Positions 19,905 to 31,183 of a stretch of 64,000 bases of DNA are shown here, piece after piece. Numbering within the stretch: position 1 is the first letter of the stretch; each line of letters starts with the position of its first letter. The notes below the pieces were generated by a model. That model saw only the letters and a program-made list of their open reading frames with translations, did not search any database and had not been told where the DNA came from. This DNA comes from an uncultured Arcobacter sp. (lineage in GTDB: Bacteria; Campylobacterota; Campylobacteria; Campylobacterales; Arcobacteraceae), in contig OZ223302.1 of NCBI GenBank assembly GCA_965140705.1, positions 416,001 to 480,000 on the forward strand, in the 5' to 3' direction. The position numbers and the translations under genes are program-made.

Positions 19905-20432
19905 CTAGAACGGTATTTCGTCTTCGTCTATATCGATTTCTGGTATTTTATAACTGCTATTTTCAGTTGTAGTTTTTATACCACCTTGAGCGTAGCTGTT
20001 TTGAGCTGGTTGCTGCGGTTGATTATATTGATTACTAGCTGGTTGTTGAGTTTGTGGTTGAGAATACTCACCCTCATACCCAGTATTAGCACCATTTTGT
20101 GAATCAGATTTTGAATCTAACATTTTCATTGTATCAACTCTTAAAGAGTGTCTACTTCTATTAGTTCCATCTTGTGCAGTCCATTGTTCAAAAACAAGTC
20201 TTCCTTCTAATAATACTTTAGAGCCTTTTCGTAAATATTGATTGGCAACCTCAGCACTTCTATTGAATATATTGAAATCCAAAAAACAAACTTCATCTTT
20301 CTTTTCACCAGTACTAGTCTTATAATTATAAGATGTTGCAATTGCACCTTTAGCTATCGCTGCACCACTTGGTAAATATCTTAATTCAATATCTCGTGTA
20401 AGATTTCCTATCATAACTACTTTATTATACAT
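19905..20432 (-). CDS. ssb: Single-stranded DNA-binding protein
   Basis: NKVVMIGNLTRDIELRY, YLRKGSKVLLEGRL, acidic DEDEIPF tail. Confidence 0.97.
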   Translation of the reverse strand: MYNKVVMIGNLTRDIELRYLPSGAAIAKGAIATSYNYKTSTGEKKDEVCFLDFNIFNRSAEVANQYLRKGSKVLLEGRLVFEQWTAQDGTNRSRHSLRVDTMKMLDSKSDSQNGANTGYEGEYSQPQTQQPASNQYNQPQQPAQNSYAQGGIKTTTENSSYKIPEIDIDEDEIPF

Positions 20433-20459
20433 TTACGGCTCCTTTTATAAAATTATGCC

Positions 20460-20813
20460 TTAAGCAGACTTTTTAGCTGCTTCATCGCTTAGTTTAGTCC
20501 AAGCAGTAACTTCTTTTTTACTCTCATATTTGATGAAAATAAATCTAATAATATTTTCATTAATTCTATAATTTCTTTCTAATTCTAAGATAGAAGTTGT
20601 TGGTGCTTTAAAATAAATCACATAGTAGTGACCTCTTTTATGTTTTTCGATTTCGTAAGCTAGTTGTCTAGTTCCCATATCATCGAAAGATACAATCTCT
20701 CCACCATTTTTCTCAATGTTAGCTTTCACTAACTCAATCTGTGCTACAGTTTCTTCTTCAGTCATCGTAGGCTTTACAATAAACATTGTTTCATAATGTT
20801 TTATTCTTGACAT
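20460..20813 (-). CDS. rpsF: 30S ribosomal protein S6
   Basis: [34 protein letters not shown]. Confidence 0.96.
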   Translation of the reverse strand: MSRIKHYETMFIVKPTMTEEETVAQIELVKANIEKNGGEIVSFDDMGTRQLAYEIEKHKRGHYYVIYFKAPTTSILELERNYRINENIIRFIFIKYESKKEVTAWTKLSDEAAKKSA

Positions 20814-20817
20814 TCAT

Positions 20818-20863
20818 TCTCCTTTTAGTTTTCGCCGGTATTATTAAAAATATCAGCAAGGTT
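20818..20863 (-). promoter_or_regulatory. Putative S6:S18 ribosomal protein autoregulatory leader RNA
   Basis: Minus strand AACCTTGCTGATATT-TTTAAT-AATACCGGCGAAAACTAAAAGGAG: CCTTG anti-SD, inner stem, CCG motif, then SD. Confidence 0.6.
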
Positions 20864-20881
20864 TTTGTAAAGTCTGAGATT

Positions 20882-21865
20882 TTATCTAAGTTTGTCTGAA
20901 AATTTTCTTAGACTAGCTTGAATATATGCATTATGATCTGGGATTTTTGAACTTTTTAAATCCAATTCCAAATCATTTAAAAAATTAAACAACTCTAAAA
21001 ATAGTTCTGGCTTTATTTTTATGGCTAATTTTGTCTTCTTCTCCCAAATATTTTGTGGAGGAATATATCCTAGTATCTCCTTTGGATTTGGAGTTCCTAT
21101 TGTTCTTGAATATGAACTTATCATAAAAAGTTGATGTAAAAAAGCTCCAACTTGAGTTACTAAATTTATCTCATTCATTCCTTCTTCAAGTAAGAAATGC
21201 AAATCTCTTTTTACTAATTGTCCACTTAACAAATTAAATAAAAAATCTTCTAAAGAGACTGACCCAATACCAAAACAATGAATTTCAACAAGTTTTGAAG
21301 AGATAGATTCTTCATTTAAAATAGCTAATTTTTTTAAGTCATTTACACTTAAGTTCAAATCATTTCTATGCATAAAATAAAGATGATTTAAAGCTGAAAC
21401 TTCATATTTCAAACCCAATGTCCTAGCCTCAGATTCTAATATTTGAATAGCTTCTCCTGGATATGGGGTAAACATTCTTACACTTACACTATTGTTTTTG
21501 TTTGTAAAATATCCACCCATAGTTTTAAAATCACCATCTCCCATACAAGCAAATATCACTTTTGAGTCTTGATTTATATTACAAGCTTCTATTAACTCTG
21601 TAATCTCATTTTTATTTAATTTTTTATTTAATTTTACAAGCAAGATATTTCTACTTGCAAAAAGAGATGATTGTAAAAGTTTATTTTTTACATATTTAAA
21701 ATCAAAATCATCAAAATAGACTTTTTCTATCTCTTCCCCAGCTGCAACACTTGTTGCTACAAGGTTTGCATATTTTTCTATTAAATAATCACTTTGCCCA
21801 TAAAACATATATGCTGAGAACTCTTTATTAGCTCTTAATAATCCATCAAACTCTTTTTTATACAT
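20882..21865 (-). CDS. holA: DNA polymerase III delta subunit
   Basis: MYKKEFD...FYGQ, QSSLFASRN, DLKKLAIL; position upstream of rpsF typical of Campylobacterota. Confidence 0.85.
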   Translation of the reverse strand: MYKKEFDGLLRANKEFSAYMFYGQSDYLIEKYANLVATSVAAGEEIEKVYFDDFDFKYVKNKLLQSSLFASRNILLVKLNKKLNKNEITELIEACNINQDSKVIFACMGDGDFKTMGGYFTNKNNSVSVRMFTPYPGEAIQILESEARTLGLKYEVSALNHLYFMHRNDLNLSVNDLKKLAILNEESISSKLVEIHCFGIGSVSLEDFLFNLLSGQLVKRDLHFLLEEGMNEINLVTQVGAFLHQLFMISSYSRTIGTPNPKEILGYIPPQNIWEKKTKLAIKIKPELFLELFNFLNDLELDLKSSKIPDHNAYIQASLRKFSDKLR

Positions 21866-23714
21866 TTTTTATTGTTCCAACTATATTTTTACTAATCACA
21901 TCACTTGATTTTATTGTTACTTTTATTTTAAGAAAAAGTTTTTCACCCCTATAATTATCCAAATGAATTCTAAGTCCTGGCATATCTTTATAGAATTTTG
22001 CAATTCCTCTTTCTATATCTACTATTTGTGCTTTAAACTCTTCCCCAATATGATTTTTTGCCCATCTTGCATATTTTCTATCTTCATAATCCCAAACAAG
22101 CTGGTCTACTTTTCTCTCATTTGCAGATATATGTTCACAAATATCATCAATATCATCTGGTATTTTTTTAGTTTTTAACATTCTATGAAGAACTAGATCA
22201 GAATATCTTCTAATAGGACTTGTAAAGTGTGAATATGAATCAAATCCTAAACCAAAGTGACCCAAGTTTTTAGATGAATATTTTGCTTGTGATTGGGATT
22301 TTATGATTAAATCATTTATCTCTTCAACTAAAGCACTATTTTTTGCTTTTTGTTGTATGTGAGTAATTGTCTCATGAACCGATGATTTTATCTCTGCTTT
22401 TATTCCAAGTAAATTTACTTCATCTACTAGTTTTGAAAGGGATTGGAAAGATGGTTCATCATGAATTCTAAATATTCCCACATTAGTTAGTTTTTTACTA
22501 GCTTCAATATTTGCTAATAACATACACTCTTCTATTAGTTGGTGGGAAGCTGTTGATTCTTCTACAGAAATTCCTTCCAATTCTAAATTATGATTTAACT
22601 TTTGTCTATACTCTTTGCTTATAAAATCATAACCCTTTTGTAATCTTTTTGCTCTTATTTTTTTAGTAATTTCATACAAAGGAATCAAATAATCAAAAAT
22701 CTCTTTTTCTGTTTCGTTATATTTATCTAAATGACCTTCTATTACCCTATCGATTCTTCCATAGGAGAATTTTTTATGTGATTTAATTATCGCTTCAAAA
22801 AGTTCTGATTTGATTATCTCATAATCTTTATCTAAATATATTTTAAAGACATAAGAGTATCTATCAACATTCTCCTTTAAAGAACACATCTCCTCACTTA
22901 AACTTGGAGGAAGCATAGGTAAAACTTTATTTGGAAGATAAATAGAAGTTGATTTTTGTAAAGCTTGTTTATCAAGTTCGCTATTTTCTTTTACAAAATA
23001 TGATACATCTGCAATAGCCACATAAAGTATGTTCTCTTTTGTATCAAAATAAATAGCATCATCATGGTCTTTTGCACTTGCTGGGTCAATGGTTGTAAAT
23101 GGTAGAGCTGTTAAATCAACTCTTTGATTTTTATCATTCATCTTAGCATCAACATCTAAATGTTTTTCCAACCTTATAAGTTCATCATATAAAAACAATG
23201 AAATATATTGGTCAACCTTTGGATCTTCTATATTTCCAATCTCTTTTTCTATATCAAATGTTTTACTATTTATTACATAAATATTTCCATTTGCAAAAGA
23301 GCTAAAATCTTTTTTAGAATCTAATTTTACGCCCTCTTTTACACTAAATACTTCACCTTCATTTACATAAACTAAAAGGGAAGTTGCATGGGTATATAAT
23401 ACTTTTTCAACTTTTGCTTTAAATGAAGACCTTGGGTTAAAAACTCTTTTTACTAAAATCAAGTCATTATTATAAGCACCTTTTAAATCATCAATATCTA
23501 ATTTCAAATTTTTATGTTCATTATCCAAATCACTTAAAGAGGCAAATTTATTCTTTATTTTTACAATTCCAACTCTATACTTTGAATTAAGTTTATATGT
23601 ACCATTTTCATAACTTACAATATCATCTTTTATAAATGCAGCTAAATAATCTTTTTCATTTTCTGTAAAATTTTCACTGCCAGATATAACTTTTTTAAAA
23701 ATAGTTTGAATCAA
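21858..23714 (-). CDS. rnr: RNB-domain exoribonuclease (RNase R-like)
   Basis: TIDPASAKDHDDAI, VAIADVS, PMLP..LS, LIEECMLLAN, HFGLGFDSYSHFTSPIRRYSDL. Confidence 0.9.
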   Translation of the reverse strand: MIQTIFKKVISGSENFTENEKDYLAAFIKDDIVSYENGTYKLNSKYRVGIVKIKNKFASLSDLDNEHKNLKLDIDDLKGAYNNDLILVKRVFNPRSSFKAKVEKVLYTHATSLLVYVNEGEVFSVKEGVKLDSKKDFSSFANGNIYVINSKTFDIEKEIGNIEDPKVDQYISLFLYDELIRLEKHLDVDAKMNDKNQRVDLTALPFTTIDPASAKDHDDAIYFDTKENILYVAIADVSYFVKENSELDKQALQKSTSIYLPNKVLPMLPPSLSEEMCSLKENVDRYSYVFKIYLDKDYEIIKSELFEAIIKSHKKFSYGRIDRVIEGHLDKYNETEKEIFDYLIPLYEITKKIRAKRLQKGYDFISKEYRQKLNHNLELEGISVEESTASHQLIEECMLLANIEASKKLTNVGIFRIHDEPSFQSLSKLVDEVNLLGIKAEIKSSVHETITHIQQKAKNSALVEEINDLIIKSQSQAKYSSKNLGHFGLGFDSYSHFTSPIRRYSDLVLHRMLKTKKIPDDIDDICEHISANERKVDQLVWDYEDRKYARWAKNHIGEEFKAQIVDIERGIAKFYKDMPGLRIHLDNYRGEKLFLKIKVTIKSSDVISKNIVGTIKNV

Positions 23715-23791
23715 AACTTATCCTAATTTTCTTTTATTTAAGTATACATTATATAACTCTTTTATTTACATTTAGGTTACTTTTGATATAA

Positions 23792-24844
<1,053 letters not shown>

Positions 24845-24847
24845 TTT

Positions 24848-24876
24848 TTAAAGTAAGGTTTAAAACCTTACTTTAA
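24848..24876 (+). terminator. Hairpin after ilvC (probable terminator or RNA-stabilising stem)
   Basis: TTAAAGTAAGGTT-TAA-AACCTTACTTTAA, 13-bp perfect stem. Confidence 0.65.
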
Positions 24877-24888
24877 TGTTCTAACTTA

Positions 24889-26055
24889 ATGGCGAAAAGA
24901 AAACCTCAAAGACGTAAAAAAGCTAGTAAAAAAACCTATAAAATTTCTACTATAAATAAATTTTTAGCCCTATTACTATTTTCTTTACTAGTAACCTTAT
25001 CAGCATATTTTATTCTTTTAAAAAATCATAACGATAAAATAAATGAATCAACAAAAATAGAAAAAGAAAAAATTAAGCATGCAAAAGAAAATAATATTGA
25101 TAATATTATTGAAGAGTATAATAAAACTACTAAAGATACTAAAGCCGATAAATTTGAAGAGTATAATAAAGAGTTCGAAAATGAGTACATTCATCCAGTA
25201 GAACCTAAAGAAAATAAATCTAATTTAGAAGAAAAAGACAAAGAAATACAATCTACAGAAAAACAAGTTTTCCCAGAAAATAAACAAACATTGATAAATC
25301 CAAATGAACAACAAAAACCACTTCTTCCTGCCTTAGAAGATGATAAAATGCATAAAGAAGTTGAAAAGAAAAAAGAAAAAGTTGTAAGTAAAACCTCTAA
25401 TAAACCAAAACTTTCTATTGTAATAGATGATGTTACTCTTCAGTCTCAAATAAATCATATCAAAGATATTGGATATACTATTAATATATCTTTAATGCCT
25501 CCTACAAAAGGGCACAAAAATTCTGCTCGTATTGCACGTAATTTACCTTTTGCTATAGTTCATTTTCCCCTACAAGCAGGAATTTCTAGTCTTAGATTTG
25601 AAGAAGATAATACCTTAAAAGTGGGTGATTCTTATGAAAAAATTGAAAAAAGAGTTGCACAAATTAGAAAATGGTATCCAAAAATAAAATATACAAATAA
25701 TCATACAGGAAGTGTTTTTACTTCTGATAAAACTTCTATGGAATATTTAATAAAAGCCCTTAAAAAATATAATTTCCAATTTATAGATAGTAGAACAACT
25801 TCCCATAGTGTTGTTAGGGAAGTAACAAAAGAGTTTGGAATGCCATATATTGCTAGAAATATCTTTTTAGATAATAAGAAAGATTTTAACTATATTCAAA
25901 ATCAATTAAAAAAGGCTATAAAAATAGCTAAGAAAACAGGCTCTGCAATAGCAATTGGGCATCCATATCCAATTACTATGAAAGTACTAAAAAGTTCTAA
26001 ATATTTATTAAAAGATCTTGATTTAGTATATATAAATAAACTACCTATTCACTAA
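24889..26055 (+). CDS. Divergent polysaccharide deacetylase family (YibQ/DUF610) protein
   Basis: N-terminal TM plus charged linker; SIVIDD, HFPLQ, NNHTGS, FIDSRT, RNIFLDN, AIAIGHP. Confidence 0.9.
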   Translation: MAKRKPQRRKKASKKTYKISTINKFLALLLFSLLVTLSAYFILLKNHNDKINESTKIEKEKIKHAKENNIDNIIEEYNKTTKDTKADKFEEYNKEFENEYIHPVEPKENKSNLEEKDKEIQSTEKQVFPENKQTLINPNEQQKPLLPALEDDKMHKEVEKKKEKVVSKTSNKPKLSIVIDDVTLQSQINHIKDIGYTINISLMPPTKGHKNSARIARNLPFAIVHFPLQAGISSLRFEEDNTLKVGDSYEKIEKRVAQIRKWYPKIKYTNNHTGSVFTSDKTSMEYLIKALKKYNFQFIDSRTTSHSVVREVTKEFGMPYIARNIFLDNKKDFNYIQNQLKKAIKIAKKTGSAIAIGHPYPITMKVLKSSKYLLKDLDLVYINKLPIH

Positions 26056-26065
26056 ATTTTCTTTA

Positions 26066-26548
26066 TTATTTTGTAAAAACAAAACTCTTTGGAGTAGCTG
26101 GACAATTACCAATTATAGAAAAATCTGTTCCACCACTATTTGGTAATTGTTTCATATTTATTCCTAAAGCTGTAGTTTTATCTTTTGTTTTAGATTTTTC
26201 ATCCCTAAAAACCCATACTTCATAAAAATAAGGTTTATGGTGCAATACTACTCTTTTCTCAACTAAGTCAAACTCTGTATAATCACATTTAAGATAAATA
26301 TTTCTCATGATATCATTAAATAATACTTCTGAAGAGACTATACTTTTTCCCTTTTTTCCTCTTATTTTTGTGTTAGAATAATAGCTTGCTTTATCAGTAT
26401 CTTTATACTTTACAAATTCATATGGTTGATTTGTATTCTCAATTTTTTTATTAATAGATGAAATAGTAGCATTCTCTAAATTACTATAACAACCAGTAAA
26501 AAGAGTAATTATACATAATAGTCCGATATTAAAAATAACCTTTTTCAT
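26066..26548 (-). CDS. Hypothetical lipoprotein
   Basis: Signal peptide with LFTGC lipobox; GGAG SD. Confidence 0.75.
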   Translation of the reverse strand: MKKVIFNIGLLCIITLFTGCYSNLENATISSINKKIENTNQPYEFVKYKDTDKASYYSNTKIRGKKGKSIVSSEVLFNDIMRNIYLKCDYTEFDLVEKRVVLHHKPYFYEVWVFRDEKSKTKDKTTALGINMKQLPNSGGTDFSIIGNCPATPKSFVFTK

Positions 26549-26640
26549 ATATCTCCTTTTAAGTTGTAACTTAATTGTACTATCAATAGTTTTAAAATTT
26601 TAAAAGAATCATTATTTTTATCTATTTTTGAATGTATATT

Positions 26641-26673
26641 TTTAAGAAATAGGAAATTTTCCTACTTCTTAAA
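26641..26673 (-). terminator. Hairpin after MCP gene
   Basis: TTTAAGAA-A-TAGGAA-ATT-TTCCTA-C-TTCTTAAA imperfect stem at the MCP stop codon. Confidence 0.55.
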
Positions 26674-28537
26674 ATTTTTTATTACTTAAATCCGAAACCA
26701 TCTCTTTTGCTATGGAATCAGTTTTTAATGCAATACTTTTAGTTTCAGCAGCAATACTTGCATTTTTTTGTGTTTGTTTATCTAATAAATTAACTGCATC
26801 ATTTATTTGAAAAATACCTTGCTCTTGCTCTTTTGAAGCTTTTGCAATATCTTGAATTGTGTTAGTAGTTTTACCTATATTTATTAATAATTCTTCATAA
26901 CCTAAACTCATTTTATCACTAATACTTTTTCCATATTCTGCTTTTGATGTTGCTTGTTCAACAATATTTTTTATCTCTCTTGCTGCTTCTGCACTTCTTG
27001 TTGCCAAATTTCTTACTTCCCCAGCAACTACCGCAAATCCTTTTCCTGCTTCACCTGCAGTTGCTGCTTCTACTGCCGCATTAAGACTTAAAATATTTGT
27101 TTGAAATGCAATTTGATCAATTACTCCTATTGATTCATTTATAGTTTTTACTTGCTCTGAGATTTCAGTCATAGCAGAACTTGTGCTTTTTGATAACTCT
27201 TGTCCTTCTTTTGCAGAGTTATTAACTTCATTGGCAAAATTTGACATTTGAATTACATTGTTTGAATTACTTTTTACTGTTCCTGTAATCTCTTCTAAGG
27301 CTGCGGCTGTCTCTTCTAATGAAGCTGCTGCTTCGTTAGAACTTATATTTAATTCATTAACATTTTCTATTAAGATTGCAGAAGAACTTTCTAATGTTTT
27401 CCCTACACTTAATGATTGATTTAACAAATTAGAAATAACTTCTCCTAATTTATTTATTGAAATAGAAACTTCTGAATATGCATCTGGAACCTTTGCTCTA
27501 AAATCATGATTTTTATAACTTTCTAAAACATCTAAAAGAACAGGGATATTTTTTGCAATTGTTTTTTCTAAATCACTTTGCATACTTGTTAAAATATCTT
27601 TTAACTCTATTAATGATTTTGTTTTAGTATTTTTATCTATTTTAGCCACAAGATTACCATCTCCAATCTCTTTTGCAAATCTTGCAATATCTTTTACAAA
27701 CTCATCATCTTCTTTAATTGATAATTCAACTGCATGTACATTTGTATTAATTATTTGTGCCATTTGTCCCAATTCATCTTTACTATCTAAATCTATCATT
27801 GATGAATTAGCGGTTTTTTTATTTAAAAAATCAAAAAAGTCTTCAAGTCCAGCTCTAACTTTATTTACTGATTTAACAATTTGATTAGATATCAAAAATG
27901 CTATTAATAAGCCAACTAACAAAGAAACAATCAAAACAGAAACCATCTCATATGAAAAACTACTTGCTACAGCCCTAGCTTTCGGCGTTGCTATTTGATT
28001 TTTATTTTCTTCATAATCTATAAACTCATTTATTTCATTTAACCAAGTTCTTAAATTACCCTTTGCTTGTGTTATTAATAAATCTTTTGCTTCTTCGTCT
28101 TTATTATTACTCTTCAATTCGATAATTTTTGATATTAAAGGAAGAGTTTTAGCTTCTGTGGCATTAATTCGTCCTAAAATCTCTTTCTCCTTAGCATCCA
28201 CATTTAAACCTTTATCAAATATCTCTTTTAAAGGTTTTGCTGATTCTATATAATAAGCTTCTAATCTTTTTATATTGGCATATGAAGTTTTAAATAATTC
28301 ATCATCCTTATTTTTTGCTAATACTAAATCCCTAATAGCAATTGCTCTATCATGAACACTTCCTCTAAAATTGATAGCATACCTTTGTTTTACAGAATTT
28401 ATTTCTGCAATTTGATTCAAAGTATTATCAATAAAATTTACTTTGAAAATACCAATAACAGTAATAATGATAATAATTGTTATCATAATAAAAAACCCTG
28501 AATAAAGCTTTTTTGAAATTGTCATATTTTTAAACAT
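26669..28537 (-). CDS. Methyl-accepting chemotaxis protein with four-helix-bundle sensor domain
   Basis: Two TMs flanking [62 protein letters not shown]. Confidence 0.95.
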   Translation of the reverse strand: MFKNMTISKKLYSGFFIMITIIIIITVIGIFKVNFIDNTLNQIAEINSVKQRYAINFRGSVHDRAIAIRDLVLAKNKDDELFKTSYANIKRLEAYYIESAKPLKEIFDKGLNVDAKEKEILGRINATEAKTLPLISKIIELKSNNKDEEAKDLLITQAKGNLRTWLNEINEFIDYEENKNQIATPKARAVASSFSYEMVSVLIVSLLVGLLIAFLISNQIVKSVNKVRAGLEDFFDFLNKKTANSSMIDLDSKDELGQMAQIINTNVHAVELSIKEDDEFVKDIARFAKEIGDGNLVAKIDKNTKTKSLIELKDILTSMQSDLEKTIAKNIPVLLDVLESYKNHDFRAKVPDAYSEVSISINKLGEVISNLLNQSLSVGKTLESSSAILIENVNELNISSNEAAASLEETAAALEEITGTVKSNSNNVIQMSNFANEVNNSAKEGQELSKSTSSAMTEISEQVKTINESIGVIDQIAFQTNILSLNAAVEAATAGEAGKGFAVVAGEVRNLATRSAEAAREIKNIVEQATSKAEYGKSISDKMSLGYEELLINIGKTTNTIQDIAKASKEQEQGIFQINDAVNLLDKQTQKNASIAAETKSIALKTDSIAKEMVSDLSNKKF

Positions 28538-28738
28538 TTTTTCTCCATTTAATAATTTTTTTCTTTTAATAAAATTTATCTAATTATATATATCTTCTCT
28601 TAATATATATTTAAAAATAACTATTTGTATATAATGTGGTAATTATTCTAAGTTTAAATACATAAGATTTAAAACAGCCTCTAACCATAAAATAAGTTTT
28701 TTATAGAGATAATATAACAAAATTTAAAGGATAATCAT

Positions 28739-29545
28739 ATGAAGAAACTTCTATTTGCAATATTATCATCATTACTTGTATTTATCTTAACAGGCTGTGG
28801 AGACAATGAAAAAGAACAAAAAAATGAAAAAAAGGTTTTAAAAGTTGGTATGGAATTAGCTTATCCTCCTTTTGAAATGAGTGATAAAGATGGAAATCCA
28901 TCTGGTGTTTCTGTTGACTTTGCAAAGGCTTTAGGTAAATACCTTGGGCGTGATGTTGTTATTGAAAATATTGCTTGGGATGGCTTAATACCATCATTAA
29001 AAACTGGCAAAATAGATTTGATAATCTCTTCTATGACTATTACAGATGAAAGAAAAAAATCAATTGACTTTTCTATTCCTTATGCCCAATCTTCTTTAGC
29101 AATTTTAGCAAATAAAGATTCTGGTATTAAATCAATTGATGATTTAAATGTAAAAGGGAAGACTGTTGCAGTTAAAAAAGGTTCTACTGGTCATATTTAT
29201 GCAAAAGAGCATTTACCAAATGCAAAAGTTCTTGTATTTGATAAAGAAGCTGCTTGTGTGCTTGAAGTTGTTCAAGGTAAAGCTGATGGATTTATTTATG
29301 ATCAATTAACTATTTATAAAAACTATGCAAAACATATGGATACAACTGTTCCTTTATTACAACCATTCCAAAAAGATTTTGAATATTGGGGTGTAGCACT
29401 TAAAAAAGGAAGTCCTTTAAAAGCTGATGTTGATGCCTTTATTAAAAAAGCAAAAGCAGATGGCACTTTTGACAAACTTGCAGATAAATATTTAAGTGAT
29501 GCAAAAGCAACCTTTGATAAATTAAATATTCCATTCTTTTTTTAG
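28739..29545 (+). CDS. Polar amino-acid ABC transporter substrate-binding lipoprotein
   Basis: LTGC lipobox, VGMELAYPPFE, WDGLIPSL, SMTITDERKK..DFSIPY. Confidence 0.92.
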   Translation: MKKLLFAILSSLLVFILTGCGDNEKEQKNEKKVLKVGMELAYPPFEMSDKDGNPSGVSVDFAKALGKYLGRDVVIENIAWDGLIPSLKTGKIDLIISSMTITDERKKSIDFSIPYAQSSLAILANKDSGIKSIDDLNVKGKTVAVKKGSTGHIYAKEHLPNAKVLVFDKEAACVLEVVQGKADGFIYDQLTIYKNYAKHMDTTVPLLQPFQKDFEYWGVALKKGSPLKADVDAFIKKAKADGTFDKLADKYLSDAKATFDKLNIPFFF

Positions 29546-29554
29546 GAAATTATT

Positions 29555-30346
29555 ATTAAGCTAAAAGAGTTATTTATCCATGAACTAGGGTATAAAAAGA
29601 ATAAAAAATTAAAACCAATAATTTATCTTTTTAACCTAGTTCTACTTATATTTTTTGTTGTCATAATATTTTATTTCATGTTTAAAAATGTCTCTTACAC
29701 ATTTAATTGGGATAGTGTTTATGAGTATAGGCAAAAATTTATTGATGGTTTTATTATGACTATCATAATATCTTTTTTTGCTCTTATTTTAAGTTTTATA
29801 ATTGGTCTTTTTTTTACCTATGCCCAAAACTCAAAACTTCTATTATTGCGATTTTTTTCTAGATTTTACATTGAGATTATAAGAGGAACTCCTCTTTTAG
29901 TTCAGATTCTAATTTTCTTTTATGTATTTGCAAATAACTTAGGCTTTGAAAATAGATACATAGTTGGAACTATCATTTTAGCACTATTTGCAGGGGCTTA
30001 TGTATGTGAGATAATAAGAGGAGCAATAGAATCAATTGAAATTGAACAATTTGAGACAGGTCTAAGTTTAGGAATGACTAATTATCAAATATATAGATAC
30101 ATAATCTTTCCCCAAGCATTTAATAGAATGTTACCAGCACTAACAGGGCAATTTGCTTCTATAATAAAAGACTCTTCTCTTCTATCAATTATCTCTATTA
30201 GTGAATTTACAATGAATGCCCAAGAAGTAAATGCTTATACCTATTCAACATTTGAAAGCTACATTCCTTTGGCTATTGGATATTTGTTACTTACTTATCC
30301 TATCTCTTATTATACAAAAAAGCTTGAAAATAACATAAAAAAATAA
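29555..30346 (+). CDS. Polar amino-acid ABC transporter permease (first ATG 29678; frame open back to 29546, probable ATT start)
   Basis: RGTPLLVQI, GAYVCEIIRGAI, IIFPQA, IKDSSL; the upstream in-frame extension encodes a TM helix and follows an AGGA SD. Confidence 0.85.
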   Translation: MKLKELFIHELGYKKNKKLKPIIYLFNLVLLIFFVVIIFYFMFKNVSYTFNWDSVYEYRQKFIDGFIMTIIISFFALILSFIIGLFFTYAQNSKLLLLRFFSRFYIEIIRGTPLLVQILIFFYVFANNLGFENRYIVGTIILALFAGAYVCEIIRGAIESIEIEQFETGLSLGMTNYQIYRYIIFPQAFNRMLPALTGQFASIIKDSSLLSIISISEFTMNAQEVNAYTYSTFESYIPLAIGYLLLTYPISYYTKKLENNIKK

Positions 30347-30408
30347 TAATTATGTAATTTTAAGGAAATTATTATATAATTTTACACTTGATTTTATCTA
30401 GGAGTAAA

Positions 30409-31182
30409 ATGAATTCTACTATTGATTTTGAAATACCTGAATTACGAAATTTAAAAAAACCAATAAAGACCTTATTTTATAAAGGTAACAGCAACTTATT
30501 AAAAAAACCTAAAATATCCATCGTAGGAACTAGAAGGACTTTAAATTATACACAATTTGTCACACACCAATTAACATCAAAACTCTCCCTTGCAGGAAAT
30601 TGTATAGTAAGTGGTGGAGCAATTGGGGTTGATGCTATTTCCCACAAAGCGGCAGGGACAAATAATACTATTTTAGTAAGTCCTTGCGGAATAAATCATA
30701 GATATCCAGCAATAAATAAAAAACTCATAGAAGAGATAGAACAACAGGGTTTAGTTCTTAGTTCATTTGATGAAGATTTTAAGGCCACAAGATACAGTTT
30801 TGTACTTAGAAATGAGATAGTTGTTGCTTTAGGTGATATTTTAATTGTAACTCAAGCTGATTTAAATAGTGGTAGTTTAAGAAGTATTGAATATGCCTTG
30901 AAAATGCAAAAAGAGATTTTTGTATTGCCACATAGAATAAATGAAAGCCAAGGGACAACTATATTGGCAAAAAAAGGATTGGCAAAAATTATTTATGATA
31001 TAGATGAATTTGTAGAACAATATGCAAGAACACCTATAAAAAAAGAAAAAGATAACTTTTTAGAGTATTGTAAAAAAAATCCCACTTATGAAGAGGCCAT
31101 AATTAAATATGACTCTTTAGTATATGAATATGAACTAACTGGGAAAATCCAAATAAAAAATGGCTTTATTGCTCTCCCTTAA
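30409..31182 (+). CDS. dprA: DNA-processing protein DprA
   Basis: SIVGTR, IVSGGAIGVD, FVLRNEIV, SGSL; ATG 30409 has an AGGAG SD. Confidence 0.92.
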   Translation: MNSTIDFEIPELRNLKKPIKTLFYKGNSNLLKKPKISIVGTRRTLNYTQFVTHQLTSKLSLAGNCIVSGGAIGVDAISHKAAGTNNTILVSPCGINHRYPAINKKLIEEIEQQGLVLSSFDEDFKATRYSFVLRNEIVVALGDILIVTQADLNSGSLRSIEYALKMQKEIFVLPHRINESQGTTILAKKGLAKIIYDIDEFVEQYARTPIKKEKDNFLEYCKKNPTYEEAIIKYDSLVYEYELTGKIQIKNGFIALP

Positions 31183-31183
31183 T

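Noticed and set aside
25060..25400. Low-complexity K/E/N segment with a repeated GAAGAGTATAATAAA in the deacetylase gene
   Set aside because: This is an ordinary disordered linker typical of the family, with only two short copies.
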